The position numbers were made by a program, and so were the translations under genes. Shown piece by piece: positions 14,847-23,999 of a stretch of 24,963 nucleotides of DNA (the first letter of the stretch is position 1; every line of letters starts with the position of its first letter). Location: assembly GCA_903872785.1 (NCBI GenBank), contig CAIQLZ010000022.1, positions 1 through 24,963 of the forward strand. Reading direction: 5' to 3'. The DNA is from Candidatus Levyibacteriota bacterium. Its GTDB lineage: Bacteria; Patescibacteriota; Microgenomatia; Levybacterales; UBA12049. The notes under the pieces were generated by a model that saw only the letters and a program-made list of their open reading frames with translations, made no database searches and had not been told where the DNA came from.

Positions 14847-15944
14847 ATGCCGGCCGTACAAAGAAGCGAATTTTTATTAGCTTTAAATCAAGTCGCCAAT
14901 GAGCGAGGCGTTGATGTCGAAATTGTTCTAGATACGGTAAAAAACGCTATTTTAGCAGCTTACAAAAAAGATCATTCGGACATCGAACTTGAAGAATATT
15001 CTACAACTTTGGACAAAAACACAGGGGAGGCCACAATTTTTCATAAAGATAAAAACGTTACGCCTCCTGGGTTCGGGAGAATCGCAGCCCAGACCGCCAG
15101 GCAGGTAATTTTGCAAAAAATCAGAGAAAAGGAAAAAGAAGCAATAATCGCTGATTACAAATTAAGAGTCGGGACAATTGTAAATGGAATGATTTTACGG
15201 TTTGCAGGGCCAAATATTATTGTTGATGTTGGGAAAACAGAGGCATTAATGACAATTCCGGAACAAATTCCAAATGAAAAATATCATTTGAATCAAAGGT
15301 TGGCTGTTTATATTTCTGAAATTAGAGCGGGACTCAAAGGTGATGAAATTATTGTCTCAAGGTCCAGCAATGGACTTTTGGAAGGATTATTTAAAAGGGA
15401 AGTTCCTGAAGTCGCCAAGGGAAGTGTAATTATAAAAAATATTGCCAGAGAGGCAGGAGCCAGAAGCAAGGTTGCTGTTTTTTCTAATCAGCAAGGAATA
15501 GATCCAGTCGGAAGTTGTGTTGGGCAGCGGGGAGTCAGAGTCCAGGCCATTATTCAGGAGTTCGGTGGAGTTGAAAAAATCGACATAATTCAATGGCATG
15601 AAAATACCAAAGACTATATTACTCAAGCTTTGTCTCCGGCGAAACAAGTAAGAGTTGAATTAGACAAAAAGATTGAGAAGTCAGCTCATGTGTTTGTTCC
15701 GGCTGAAGAACTTTCCTTGGCAATCGGCCGGGATGGACAAAATGTTCGTCTAGCCTCAAAATTAACAGGTTATGCAATTGAAATAGAAGAAGAGATCAGC
15801 ATTAAAAAAAAATCCGAAGAACCAAAGGAAGAAACAGAAGTAAAAACAGAAAAAAAGGAAAAGAAAACTGTAGCAAAACTTAAGGAAGAAAAAATAAAAG
15901 AATCAAAAGAGAAAAAAACAGATGGAGAGAAAACAAAGGTTTAA
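14847..15944 (+). CDS. nusA: Transcription termination/antitermination factor NusA
   Basis: FGRIAAQTARQVILQKIRE, S1 domain, AREAGARSKVAV, DPVGSCVGQRG, LAIGRDGQNVRLASKLTG. Confidence 0.97.
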   Translation: MPAVQRSEFLLALNQVANERGVDVEIVLDTVKNAILAAYKKDHSDIELEEYSTTLDKNTGEATIFHKDKNVTPPGFGRIAAQTARQVILQKIREKEKEAIIADYKLRVGTIVNGMILRFAGPNIIVDVGKTEALMTIPEQIPNEKYHLNQRLAVYISEIRAGLKGDEIIVSRSSNGLLEGLFKREVPEVAKGSVIIKNIAREAGARSKVAVFSNQQGIDPVGSCVGQRGVRVQAIIQEFGGVEKIDIIQWHENTKDYITQALSPAKQVRVELDKKIEKSAHVFVPAEELSLAIGRDGQNVRLASKLTGYAIEIEEEISIKKKSEEPKEETEVKTEKKEKKTVAKLKEEKIKESKEKKTDGEKTKV

Positions 15945-15974
15945 TTTCATGAAAACCTCTTTTTCTAAAAATAT

Positions 15975-17495
15975 ATGGCAAAAATATCAAAAAAAACTTC
16001 ACAAAACGAAAATTTATCTCACGTAGCCTGGCATTTTCCTCCTGTTGTAGCAGTTTTGGGTCATGTTGATCACGGAAAAACTTCACTTTTAGATGCAATC
16101 CGAAAAACAAATGTCGTTGCGAGAGAGCATGGCGGAATAACTCAGGGAATTGGAGCGTCAAGTGTAGAAATTGTAATTGAAGGAATAAAGAAACGTATTA
16201 CATTTATTGACACTCCTGGACACGAAGCCTTTACCCAGATGAGGGGACGCGGAATTCAGGTAGCAGATATAGGATTATTGATAGTTTCTTTGGTTGACGG
16301 AGTAATGCCTCAAACAAAAGAAAGCATTGAAATTCTCAAAAAAGCACAAATTCCTTTTATTGTTGTTTTAACTAAGGCGGATATCTCGGATAAGCAGGAA
16401 GAAAAAGTTAAAGGACAATTAGTAAAAGAAGGGGTAATGCTTGAAGGTTATGGCGGAGATGTTCCAGTTATTTCCGTGTCTAGCAAGACAAATACAAACA
16501 TAAGAGAATTATTGGAATTAATTTCTCTTGTTTTTGACATGAAGCAAAAGCCAATTTTGGACAATAAACTTAAAGGTGTTGTAATTGAGGCTCGTCTTGA
16601 TGAAAAATCCGGCCCAAGAGCAACAGTAGTTATCAAAAGCGGAGTTTTGAAAGTTCGACAGGAAATTGAATGTAATGAAATAAAAGCAAGAGTAAGAACA
16701 ATAATTAATGATAAAGGAGTGCATTTAGATGAGGTAACTGTTGGGGAAGCTGTTGAGGTTTTAGGATTTGAAAAAGTACCTTCGGTAGGGGAGATAGTTG
16801 TTGCCAGAGGGGAAGCTGTAAATAAGGCTGTGTCAGAAGTAGTTTCTTCATCTGCGCCTGTTCATGCTCAATTCCGTTCAGGTCAGGAATCAATGCCGAT
16901 GCCTGAGGATTTTTTAAATGAAAAAGAAATGCCTACGCTTTCAATTGTTTTGTGTGCAGATAATCAAGGATCTTTGGAGGCAATTGTGAAATCCTTGCCG
17001 GAAGAAATAAATATTGCCCTTCAAAAAACAGGCGACATTACTACAACAGATATTCTATTGGCAAAATCAATTAATGCAATAGTTTTGGGTTTCAACACTA
17101 AAATCAGACCGGAAATTGTAAACTTTGCTACTCAGGAAAAAGTTCTAGCTAAAAACTATAAGATTATTTATGAACTTATTTCGGAAGTTAAAGATGTTTT
17201 AGAAGGGAAACAATTAGCGTTGGTTGAGGAAATTTATGGAAGAGCAAAAATATTAGCAAGTTTTCCCTTTGAAAAAACAAAAGTTTTGGGAATTAAAGTT
17301 TTGGAAGGAAGAGTGGCTCGTGGGGACAGGGTCAGATTAATTAGGAAAGAAGAAATTCTCGGAGAAAGCACTATCAATTCTGTGAGGGCAGGTAAGGATG
17401 TCGTTTCGAAGATAGGGGAAGGTCAAGAGGGAGGAGTCATCCTTTCTCCTTTCCTTGACTTTACTATAGGAGATATGCTAATATGCCATGGTTAA
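15975..17495 (+). CDS. infB: Translation initiation factor IF-2 (N-terminally minimal)
   Basis: PPVVAVLGHVDHGKT, GGITQ, FIDTPGHEAF, DGVMPQT, ADNQGSLEA. Confidence 0.97.
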   Translation: MAKISKKTSQNENLSHVAWHFPPVVAVLGHVDHGKTSLLDAIRKTNVVAREHGGITQGIGASSVEIVIEGIKKRITFIDTPGHEAFTQMRGRGIQVADIGLLIVSLVDGVMPQTKESIEILKKAQIPFIVVLTKADISDKQEEKVKGQLVKEGVMLEGYGGDVPVISVSSKTNTNIRELLELISLVFDMKQKPILDNKLKGVVIEARLDEKSGPRATVVIKSGVLKVRQEIECNEIKARVRTIINDKGVHLDEVTVGEAVEVLGFEKVPSVGEIVVARGEAVNKAVSEVVSSSAPVHAQFRSGQESMPMPEDFLNEKEMPTLSIVLCADNQGSLEAIVKSLPEEINIALQKTGDITTTDILLAKSINAIVLGFNTKIRPEIVNFATQEKVLAKNYKIIYELISEVKDVLEGKQLALVEEIYGRAKILASFPFEKTKVLGIKVLEGRVARGDRVRLIRKEEILGESTINSVRAGKDVVSKIGEGQEGGVILSPFLDFTIGDMLICHG

Positions 17496-17514
17496 TCCGC
17501 CAGCTTGTGGATTA
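17493..17514. other. Short palindrome at the infB stop
   Basis: TAATCCGC-CAGCTT-GTGGATTA, 8-bp stem with one G.U pair; no U-tract. Confidence 0.5.
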
Positions 17515-17525
17515 GCTTGTAATCT

Positions 17526-18482
17526 ATGGATAATGCAATTCTTGAAAGATTTAAAGAACTTCTTGCTAAAAACGAAAATATTGGTATTGCTGTTGGTAAA
17601 AATCCGGGTATTGATGAAATGGCCGCAGCATTATCTTTATATCTCGCGCTTTCAGAAACAGGTAAAAGTATCACTATTGTTTGCCCTACAGAGCCAATTG
17701 TTGAAATATCTTCATTAGTTGGAGTAAATAAGGTGAAAAAATCTTTTGATGGCGGATCAGAAGGAGACTTAACGGTAAGTTTTCCGTACAGGGAAGGAGA
17801 AATTGAAAAAATTTCTTATACCCTTGAGGAAGGGAAATTAAACATTTTAGTTAAAGCGGGCGAAAATGGTCTTTCTTTTAATGAAAAGGATATTGAATAC
17901 AAGAGAGAAGGAGCAGCTCCGGGATTGGTTTTTGTCGTAGGAACACCCCGAATATCTGATTTAGGAACAGCTTTTGATATGGAAGTTTTTAAGGACTCAA
18001 AGGTAATAAATATAGATTATAAGCCGGAAAATCAGGGATTTGGAGACATACCTCTTCTTGGCAAAAGCGCATCCTCTGTATCGGAACTCATGGCAAATTT
18101 TATTTCTTCACTGGGTCTTAAGATGGATGTTGACATTGCCTCTAATTTATTGACTGGCATTATTGATGCAACAGATAATTTTCAAAGTGGGACAACCAGT
18201 TCTTTAGCTTTTGAAACGGCTGCGCTTCTCTTAAAGAAAGGCGCGGTTAGAAAAGCAAATAGTGTTTTGAAATCAGATATTGAAGCGGATTCTTTTTTCT
18301 CTTCAAAACCACAATCTAAAATTCCAACCTTTTCTAAAAGAACAATTGGAACAGAAGAAAAAAAAGCTGCCTTCGCCAAAGAAGGCTACGGTGAACCGAA
18401 GGAAGAAATGCAAATAGATGAAGATAATCCGCCAGATGACTGGCTTGCCCCCAAAATTTACAAAGGTTCGACCAGCGTTTAA
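17526..18482 (+). CDS. DHH/NrnA-like phosphoesterase fold protein with degenerate catalytic motifs
   Basis: Layout IGIAV..NP.ID..AAALSL / VFVVG / INIDYK / SSVSE / IASNLLTGIIDATDNF matches the DHH family, but DHH reads DYK; position after infB is typical. Confidence 0.75.
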   Translation: MDNAILERFKELLAKNENIGIAVGKNPGIDEMAAALSLYLALSETGKSITIVCPTEPIVEISSLVGVNKVKKSFDGGSEGDLTVSFPYREGEIEKISYTLEEGKLNILVKAGENGLSFNEKDIEYKREGAAPGLVFVVGTPRISDLGTAFDMEVFKDSKVINIDYKPENQGFGDIPLLGKSASSVSELMANFISSLGLKMDVDIASNLLTGIIDATDNFQSGTTSSLAFETAALLLKKGAVRKANSVLKSDIEADSFFSSKPQSKIPTFSKRTIGTEEKKAAFAKEGYGEPKEEMQIDEDNPPDDWLAPKIYKGSTSV

Positions 18483-18491
18483 ACCTGGTGC

Positions 18492-18520
18492 TTGAGAATG
18501 TTTTGAAAAACTGCTATAGT
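18492..18520 (+). promoter_or_regulatory. Probable promoter of rpsO-pnp
   Basis: TTGAGA (18492-18497), 17 bp, TATAGT (18515-18520) with TGn extension. Confidence 0.6.
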
Positions 18521-18557
18521 ATACTTTACTGCTAAATTTAAAGAATTAGAAGAACTT

Positions 18558-18872
18558 ATGCCGCTTAGTACAACATTAAAGAAAAAAGTTATCAAAGAAT
18601 TTCAGACAGTTCAAGGCGACACAGGAAGTCCTGAAGTTCAGATTGCGCTTTTGACAACCAGAATTGACCGCTTGACAGACCATTTGAAGGAGCACATTCA
18701 TGATGTTCATTCAAGACGCGGGCTTTTATCAATGATTGCAAAAAGAAGAAGACTTATAAATTTTTTAACAAAAGTTGATAAAAAACGTTCAAATGAAATA
18801 GAAAAGAAAATTGGTTTTGAAAAACGACCTCTGAAAAAGGTCGAGAAGACAATGAAAGTAAAGAAAAAATGA
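18558..18872 (+). CDS. rpsO: 30S ribosomal protein S15 with Lys-rich C-terminal extension
   Basis: GDTGSPEVQIALLT, HLKEHIHDVHSRRGLL; the stop overlaps the pnp start (ATGA). Confidence 0.97.
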   Translation: MPLSTTLKKKVIKEFQTVQGDTGSPEVQIALLTTRIDRLTDHLKEHIHDVHSRRGLLSMIAKRRRLINFLTKVDKKRSNEIEKKIGFEKRPLKKVEKTMKVKKK

Positions 18873-21217
18873 GGATTCAAAAAATATCAGCCTCCCTGGA
18901 GATAGGTGGGAAAAATCTAACATTAGAAGTAGGGGAATTAGCCCGACAGGCAACATCTTCTGTTTTAGCCCGTCTTGGAGATACAATGGTTTTAGTAACC
19001 GTAGTCATGGGTAAAGAAAGAACAGATATTGATTATTTTCCCTTGACAGTGGAGTATGTAGAAAGATTATATGCCGGAGGCAGAATTAAAGGTTCAAGGT
19101 GGGTAAAGAGAGAAGGAAGACCAACAGATGATGCTATTCTTACAGGGCGTCTTATAGACCGCTCCGTCAGACCTCTTTTTCCAAAAGGATTCAAAAAAGA
19201 AGTTCAAATAATTGTAACTGTTTTATCAGTTGACGGAGAAAATTCTCCCGATGTTTTGTCTGTTGTTGCAGCTTCAGCTGCTCTAGCAATTTCCCCAATT
19301 CCATGGAGAGGTCCGGTTGGAGCAGTCCGCATGGGATACGTTCAGGATAAAGAAAGTGGTAAAGCTGATTTTATCGTTAATCCGGGAATGGCGCAGTCAG
19401 AACTTTCGGAACTGGACTTAATTGTCACCAGTCTAAAAGATAAAACTTTGATGCTTGAGGCAGGAGCACAGCAGGTGTCGGAAAGTGTCGCCTTGGAAGG
19501 GATTAAAAAAGCCCAAATTGAAAACGATAAAATTATTGATTTTATTGAAGATTTTGCTAAAAAAATAGAAGTAAAAAAAGAAGAAGTCAAAACAAACACA
19601 GAACTTCTGGAACTTGTCGCGCTTTTAGAAAAATCATACAAAACTGAAATTGTTGCAATGATCAAAGGTAGAATATCCAAGGAACTAAGCGGAGATCCGG
19701 GGGTATTCATAGACAAAATTATTGAAGAGCAAAAAGCAAAAGATGAGGATTTTTCTGCGGATAAAAAAATAATTGCAATAGCAATCGAACACATCATGTT
19801 CAAGAATCTTAGAGAAAATACTTTGATAAAAGGGATAAGGCCGGATGGAAGAAAAATTGACGAAATAAGACCGATTTCCTGCAAGGTTTCAGTGCTTCCA
19901 AGAACTCACGGTTCAGCATTGTTTAACCGGGGAGATACCCAAGCTTTAACAATCGCAACTTTGGGTTCGCCCCGCATGGAACAATTAATAGAATCTGCAG
20001 AAGGAGAAGAATCAAAAAGGTATATCCATCATTACAATATGCCTCCATATTCTGTGGGAGAGGCCGGAAAATTTGGATTTACCTCACGCCGGGAAATAGG
20101 GCATGGAGCATTGGGCGAGCGGGCAATAATGGCAGTTATTCCAAGTCAGACAGAATTTCCTTATACAATTCGGGTTGTTTCGGAAATTCTTTCTTCCAAT
20201 GGCTCTACATCAATGGCAGCAACTTGCGGGTCAACTTTGGCTTTGATGGACGCGGGAGTACCACTCAAAAAACCGGTTGCAGGAATTGCCATGGGAATGG
20301 TTTCCAAAGATGATAAATATGTGATTTTGACAGACATTTTGGGACTTGAAGATTTTTCAGGAGACATGGATTTCAAAGTTGCAGGAACAGATTCAGGTAT
20401 AACAGCGATTCAATTAGATGTAAAAATTTTAGGATTAACAATAGAGCAGATTAAAGAGGTTTTTGAGAAAGCAAAAGTTGCCCGCCTTTTTATTCTGGAA
20501 AAAATGATTGCAGTTGTCGGGGCGGGAAAGAAAGACGTTTCAGAATATGCGCCAAAAATAGAACAAGTCCAAATTCCTGTGGATAAAATAGGGGAAGTTA
20601 TCGGGCCGGGGGGCCGCGTTATTAAAGGTATAATTGCAACAACAGGTGCAACTGTTGACGTTGAAGATTCTGGAATTGTAACCATTTCGGGAACAGATAA
20701 GGATGCTGTCGCAAAAGCTGTGGATTGGGTTAAAGGTATAGTCCGTGAAGTAAAAGTTGGAGAAATTTTTTCTGAAGCCGAAGTTAAGAGAATACTTCCT
20801 TTTGGAGCATTTGTTGAATTTTTACCGGGCAAAGAAGGAATGGTTCATGTTTCTAAAATGAAAGAAGGGTTTGTCCGCAATCCTTTAGATGTAGTTTCGA
20901 TCGGACAAAAAGTTAAAGTTAAAGTTGTTGAGATAGACGATCAGGGAAGAACAAATTTATCAATGTTATTCGGAGAAGTTAGCGGAAATATTCCGCCAAA
21001 AAAAGAAGAGCCTCATGATGACGATCAGAGCCAAATTCCTGTAGCACCAGTTGCTGCAGTTCCTTCCGAGCATCCGTTATCAAGGCAATTCAAGAGAGAA
21101 CGTTTTTCCCAAGGTCCAAACAGGACTCAGGGTAACTGGAGAAGCAGGAGAACTCCTGGTGGATCAGCTTCGGGATCAAGACCGGCAGATACGCGTTTCC
21201 GCAAATCCCACTATTAA
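18869..21217 (+). CDS. pnp: Polyribonucleotide nucleotidyltransferase (PNPase)
   Basis: DYFPLTVEY, RLIDRSVRPLF, RREIGHG, SNGSTSMA, DMDFKVAG, KH (VIGPGG) and S1 domains. Confidence 0.98.
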   Translation: MRIQKISASLEIGGKNLTLEVGELARQATSSVLARLGDTMVLVTVVMGKERTDIDYFPLTVEYVERLYAGGRIKGSRWVKREGRPTDDAILTGRLIDRSVRPLFPKGFKKEVQIIVTVLSVDGENSPDVLSVVAASAALAISPIPWRGPVGAVRMGYVQDKESGKADFIVNPGMAQSELSELDLIVTSLKDKTLMLEAGAQQVSESVALEGIKKAQIENDKIIDFIEDFAKKIEVKKEEVKTNTELLELVALLEKSYKTEIVAMIKGRISKELSGDPGVFIDKIIEEQKAKDEDFSADKKIIAIAIEHIMFKNLRENTLIKGIRPDGRKIDEIRPISCKVSVLPRTHGSALFNRGDTQALTIATLGSPRMEQLIESAEGEESKRYIHHYNMPPYSVGEAGKFGFTSRREIGHGALGERAIMAVIPSQTEFPYTIRVVSEILSSNGSTSMAATCGSTLALMDAGVPLKKPVAGIAMGMVSKDDKYVILTDILGLEDFSGDMDFKVAGTDSGITAIQLDVKILGLTIEQIKEVFEKAKVARLFILEKMIAVVGAGKKDVSEYAPKIEQVQIPVDKIGEVIGPGGRVIKGIIATTGATVDVEDSGIVTISGTDKDAVAKAVDWVKGIVREVKVGEIFSEAEVKRILPFGAFVEFLPGKEGMVHVSKMKEGFVRNPLDVVSIGQKVKVKVVEIDDQGRTNLSMLFGEVSGNIPPKKEEPHDDDQSQIPVAPVAAVPSEHPLSRQFKRERFSQGPNRTQGNWRSRRTPGGSASGSRPADTRFRKSHY

Positions 21218-21251
21218 TTTTCTGCTTTTAATTGTACAATTTATTTAATCT

Positions 21252-22301
21252 ATGGATTCAGCTACACCTTTGGAAAGCAAAATAAAAGAACTCGAAGAAA
21301 AAATTAAAACCGCTCAGTTACCTTCTGGCCTTGCCGAAAAATTAAATGAGGAAATAAGTGTTTTGCGTCTTAGTCTTCAGGGAGAAAATTCTTTCATGAA
21401 TTTTGAAAACTTTTCTAACTACGTAAGTTGCGTTTTGTCTTTACCCTTCAATAAAGAAACCAAGGATATTTTGGATATTGCCAAAGCAAAAGAAGTTTTA
21501 GATAAAAATCATTATGGTTTGCCCAGCGTTAAAAATTTAATTTTGGAATACTTATCCAGTCTTATTTTAAATATTAATAACAAAGAAAATACTGCCCGTG
21601 CTCCGATAATTTGTCTGACCGGACTTGTCGGGACAGGAAAAACAACCATTGCGTATTCAATTGCAGAAAGTTTGGGGCGGAAATTTGAAAGAATACCTTT
21701 TGGAGGAATGGGAGAAGCAAGTGTTCTGCGCGGAGAATCACGTGTCAATCTTAATGCCGAACCGGGACTGATAATTAGAAATTTGATTAATGCTCAAAGC
21801 AAAAATGCAGTTATTTTATTAGATGAGTTAGACAGGGTAACTGATACGGGAAGAAAAGATATCATGGGTGTTTTGGTTGAGCTTTTGGATCCGGAACAAA
21901 ACAAAGCTTTCGTGGATCATTATATTGATTACCCTTTTGATTTATCAAACGTTTTGTTTATAGCAACTGCAAATAACACAACCAATATTGCGACAGCAGT
22001 TTTGGATAGGCTGCAAATTATCCAAATGCCTTCTTATACAGATGAAGAAAAAACAGTCATTGCGAAAAAATATTTATTCCCGAAAATATTAAAGCAAACA
22101 GGTCTGACGGATAAACAATTAATTATTGATCAAAGCGTTTGGCCGGCAGTTATCCGGCCTCTTGGGTTTGACTCGGGAATTAGAAGTTTACAGCGGGCAA
22201 TTGAGGGTGTCTGCCGAAAAGCAGCCCGAATAATTGTTGAAAAGAAAGCCCAACAAATAATTGTTAATAATGAAAATATCAAGGAATTTCTGCCGGCGTA
22301 G
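21252..22301 (+). CDS. Lon-type AAA+ ATPase module lacking the N-terminal and S16 protease domains
   Basis: LDKNHYGL, GLVGTGKTT, LLDELD, LLDPEQNKAFVDHYIDYPFDLSNVLFIATAN, LDRL, GIRSL; ends at the ATPase/protease boundary. Confidence 0.88.
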   Translation: MDSATPLESKIKELEEKIKTAQLPSGLAEKLNEEISVLRLSLQGENSFMNFENFSNYVSCVLSLPFNKETKDILDIAKAKEVLDKNHYGLPSVKNLILEYLSSLILNINNKENTARAPIICLTGLVGTGKTTIAYSIAESLGRKFERIPFGGMGEASVLRGESRVNLNAEPGLIIRNLINAQSKNAVILLDELDRVTDTGRKDIMGVLVELLDPEQNKAFVDHYIDYPFDLSNVLFIATANNTTNIATAVLDRLQIIQMPSYTDEEKTVIAKKYLFPKILKQTGLTDKQLIIDQSVWPAVIRPLGFDSGIRSLQRAIEGVCRKAARIIVEKKAQQIIVNNENIKEFLPA

Positions 22302-22304
22302 TTT

Positions 22305-23963
22305 ATGAATAATCAATTATCTTTTATTCCTCTTGGCGGAATCGGTGATGTCACCAGGAATATGTATCTGTATGAATATAATGATCAGATACTGATTGTT
22401 GATTGTGGCCTTGGTTTTGCTGATGAAACAATGCTTGGCGTAGATTTATTATTGCCGGACATCTCATATTTGTTAAAAACAAGAAAAAGGATTATAGGGA
22501 TGTTATTAACCCACGGACACGAAGATCACATCGGAGCCCTTCCATTCTTGCTCCCTCAACTTCCGGATTTTCCTATTTTTGCAACCCCACTAACTGCGGC
22601 ATTTGCAAATGCAAAACTTAAAGATTTTAATGCTAAAAAAAGAGTAGAAAGCATTAATTTTAATTCTGCAGAAAGAAGTATCGGTAGCTTTAGGTTTTCT
22701 TTTATTCCGGTTACGCATTCAGTTTCCGACACTTCGCACATCTTTATAAAAACACCGGTTGGCAATTTTTATCATGGAAGTGATTATAAATTTGATGATA
22801 CACCTTATGACGGGAGAATAAGTGACTATGCAAAAATTTCACAGCTTAGCAAAAACGGCGTTTTGTGTCTCTTATCTGATTGTCTGGGAGCAGAAAAAAA
22901 AGGCAGAACACCAACGGAGATAGGCATTATGCAAAATTTTGCTAACGAAATGAAAACATGTCAGGGTAAATTTATCGTAACCACTTATTCATCCAATATT
23001 TCAAGATTGAATCAAATAATTGAAGCGTCTCTTCAAAACGGCAGAAGAGTTTGTTTTGTGGGCCGGTCACTCATGAAAAATAAAGAAGCCTCAAGAGATT
23101 TGGGATATCTTAAATTGAAAAAAGATATTGAAGTAGAGCTAGATGCATTAAAAAATTATCCAGACAATAAATTGACTTTGATTGTTGCGGGAAGTCAGGG
23201 ACAAGAGAATTCCGCCTTAACCAGAATTGCCAACGGTGAACATAAAGATGTTAAATTACACGAGAATGACACGATTGTGTTTTCTTCAGATCCGATTCCG
23301 GGAAATGAAACTTCTGTTTATGAAGTTGTGAATACATTAACCCACAAAGGAGTAAAAGTTCTTTATTCGCCGATTGTTAAAGATTTTCATGTTTCAGGAC
23401 ACGGGTCATTGGATGAGCTTGAACAATTAATAAAATTGGTAAAGCCAAAAAAACTTATTCCGATCGGAGGACAATTCAGACACATGTTTGCCTACAAAAA
23501 ATTAGCGGAAAAATTAGGCTACAAAAAAAATGATATTTTTCTGATGGAGGACGGACAGGAGCTTATCTTTGGTCAGGGAAATGTAAGATTAGGGAGAACA
23601 ATTCCGACTAAAAATGTTTATGTTGATGAGTTGTCTGGAGAAGCGTTAGAAAGTTTTGTGCTTCGGGATAGGCAAAAGTTATCGGAAGCCGGAATAATTA
23701 TAATTCTTGCGGAAGTGGATAGTTCTTCAGGACAACTGGTCGGGAGTCCCGATGTGATTGTCAGGGGGCTAACAACGGCCTATGATATTAAGCGTTTGAA
23801 TGCAAGATTGATGCAAGATTTTCATAAAGCGCTAAATCCGCGCAAAGCCAGAGTGACGAATTGGATTTATATCAGAAAATTAATTGGAGAAATTGCGGAA
23901 AAAAGAATTTATAAGGATCTGCGTCACCGCCCCCTCGTCCTACCGGTTGTAATAGAAGTCTAA
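22305..23963 (+). CDS. rnj: Ribonuclease J
   Basis: IPLGGIGDV, HGHEDHIG, TYSSNISR, GSQGQ, PIPGNE, HVSGH. Confidence 0.97.
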   Translation: MNNQLSFIPLGGIGDVTRNMYLYEYNDQILIVDCGLGFADETMLGVDLLLPDISYLLKTRKRIIGMLLTHGHEDHIGALPFLLPQLPDFPIFATPLTAAFANAKLKDFNAKKRVESINFNSAERSIGSFRFSFIPVTHSVSDTSHIFIKTPVGNFYHGSDYKFDDTPYDGRISDYAKISQLSKNGVLCLLSDCLGAEKKGRTPTEIGIMQNFANEMKTCQGKFIVTTYSSNISRLNQIIEASLQNGRRVCFVGRSLMKNKEASRDLGYLKLKKDIEVELDALKNYPDNKLTLIVAGSQGQENSALTRIANGEHKDVKLHENDTIVFSSDPIPGNETSVYEVVNTLTHKGVKVLYSPIVKDFHVSGHGSLDELEQLIKLVKPKKLIPIGGQFRHMFAYKKLAEKLGYKKNDIFLMEDGQELIFGQGNVRLGRTIPTKNVYVDELSGEALESFVLRDRQKLSEAGIIIILAEVDSSSGQLVGSPDVIVRGLTTAYDIKRLNARLMQDFHKALNPRKARVTNWIYIRKLIGEIAEKRIYKDLRHRPLVLPVVIEV

Positions 23964-23964
23964 C

Positions 23965-23993
23965 TTGTAGTCTTATTTTTTAGCGTATATAAT
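23965..23993 (+). promoter_or_regulatory. sigma70 promoter, leaderless, for ftsK
   Basis: TTGTAG (23965-23970), 17 bp, TATAAT (23988-23993), 6 nt, ATG 24000. Confidence 0.75.
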
Positions 23994-23999
23994 AGTTCT

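Noticed and set aside
15751-15763. TAGCCTCAAAATT matching the 21-bp repeat inside nusA
   Set aside because: It encodes the conserved LASKL motif and lacks the left arm; treated as chance and as a caution on significance.
17488-17718. 76-aa ORF as a possible rbfA
   Set aside because: It overlaps infB and the DHH gene out of frame and has no RbfA features.
18526-18537. TTACTGCTAAAT identical to the right CIRCE arm, upstream of rpsO (and TTAGCAG at 4270-4276 before grpE)
   Set aside because: Half-sites only; no partner arm at the 9-bp spacing.
18521-18557. S15 autoregulatory leader RNA
   Set aside because: The predicted leader is only ~30 nt, AU-rich, and shows no convincing stem or pseudoknot.
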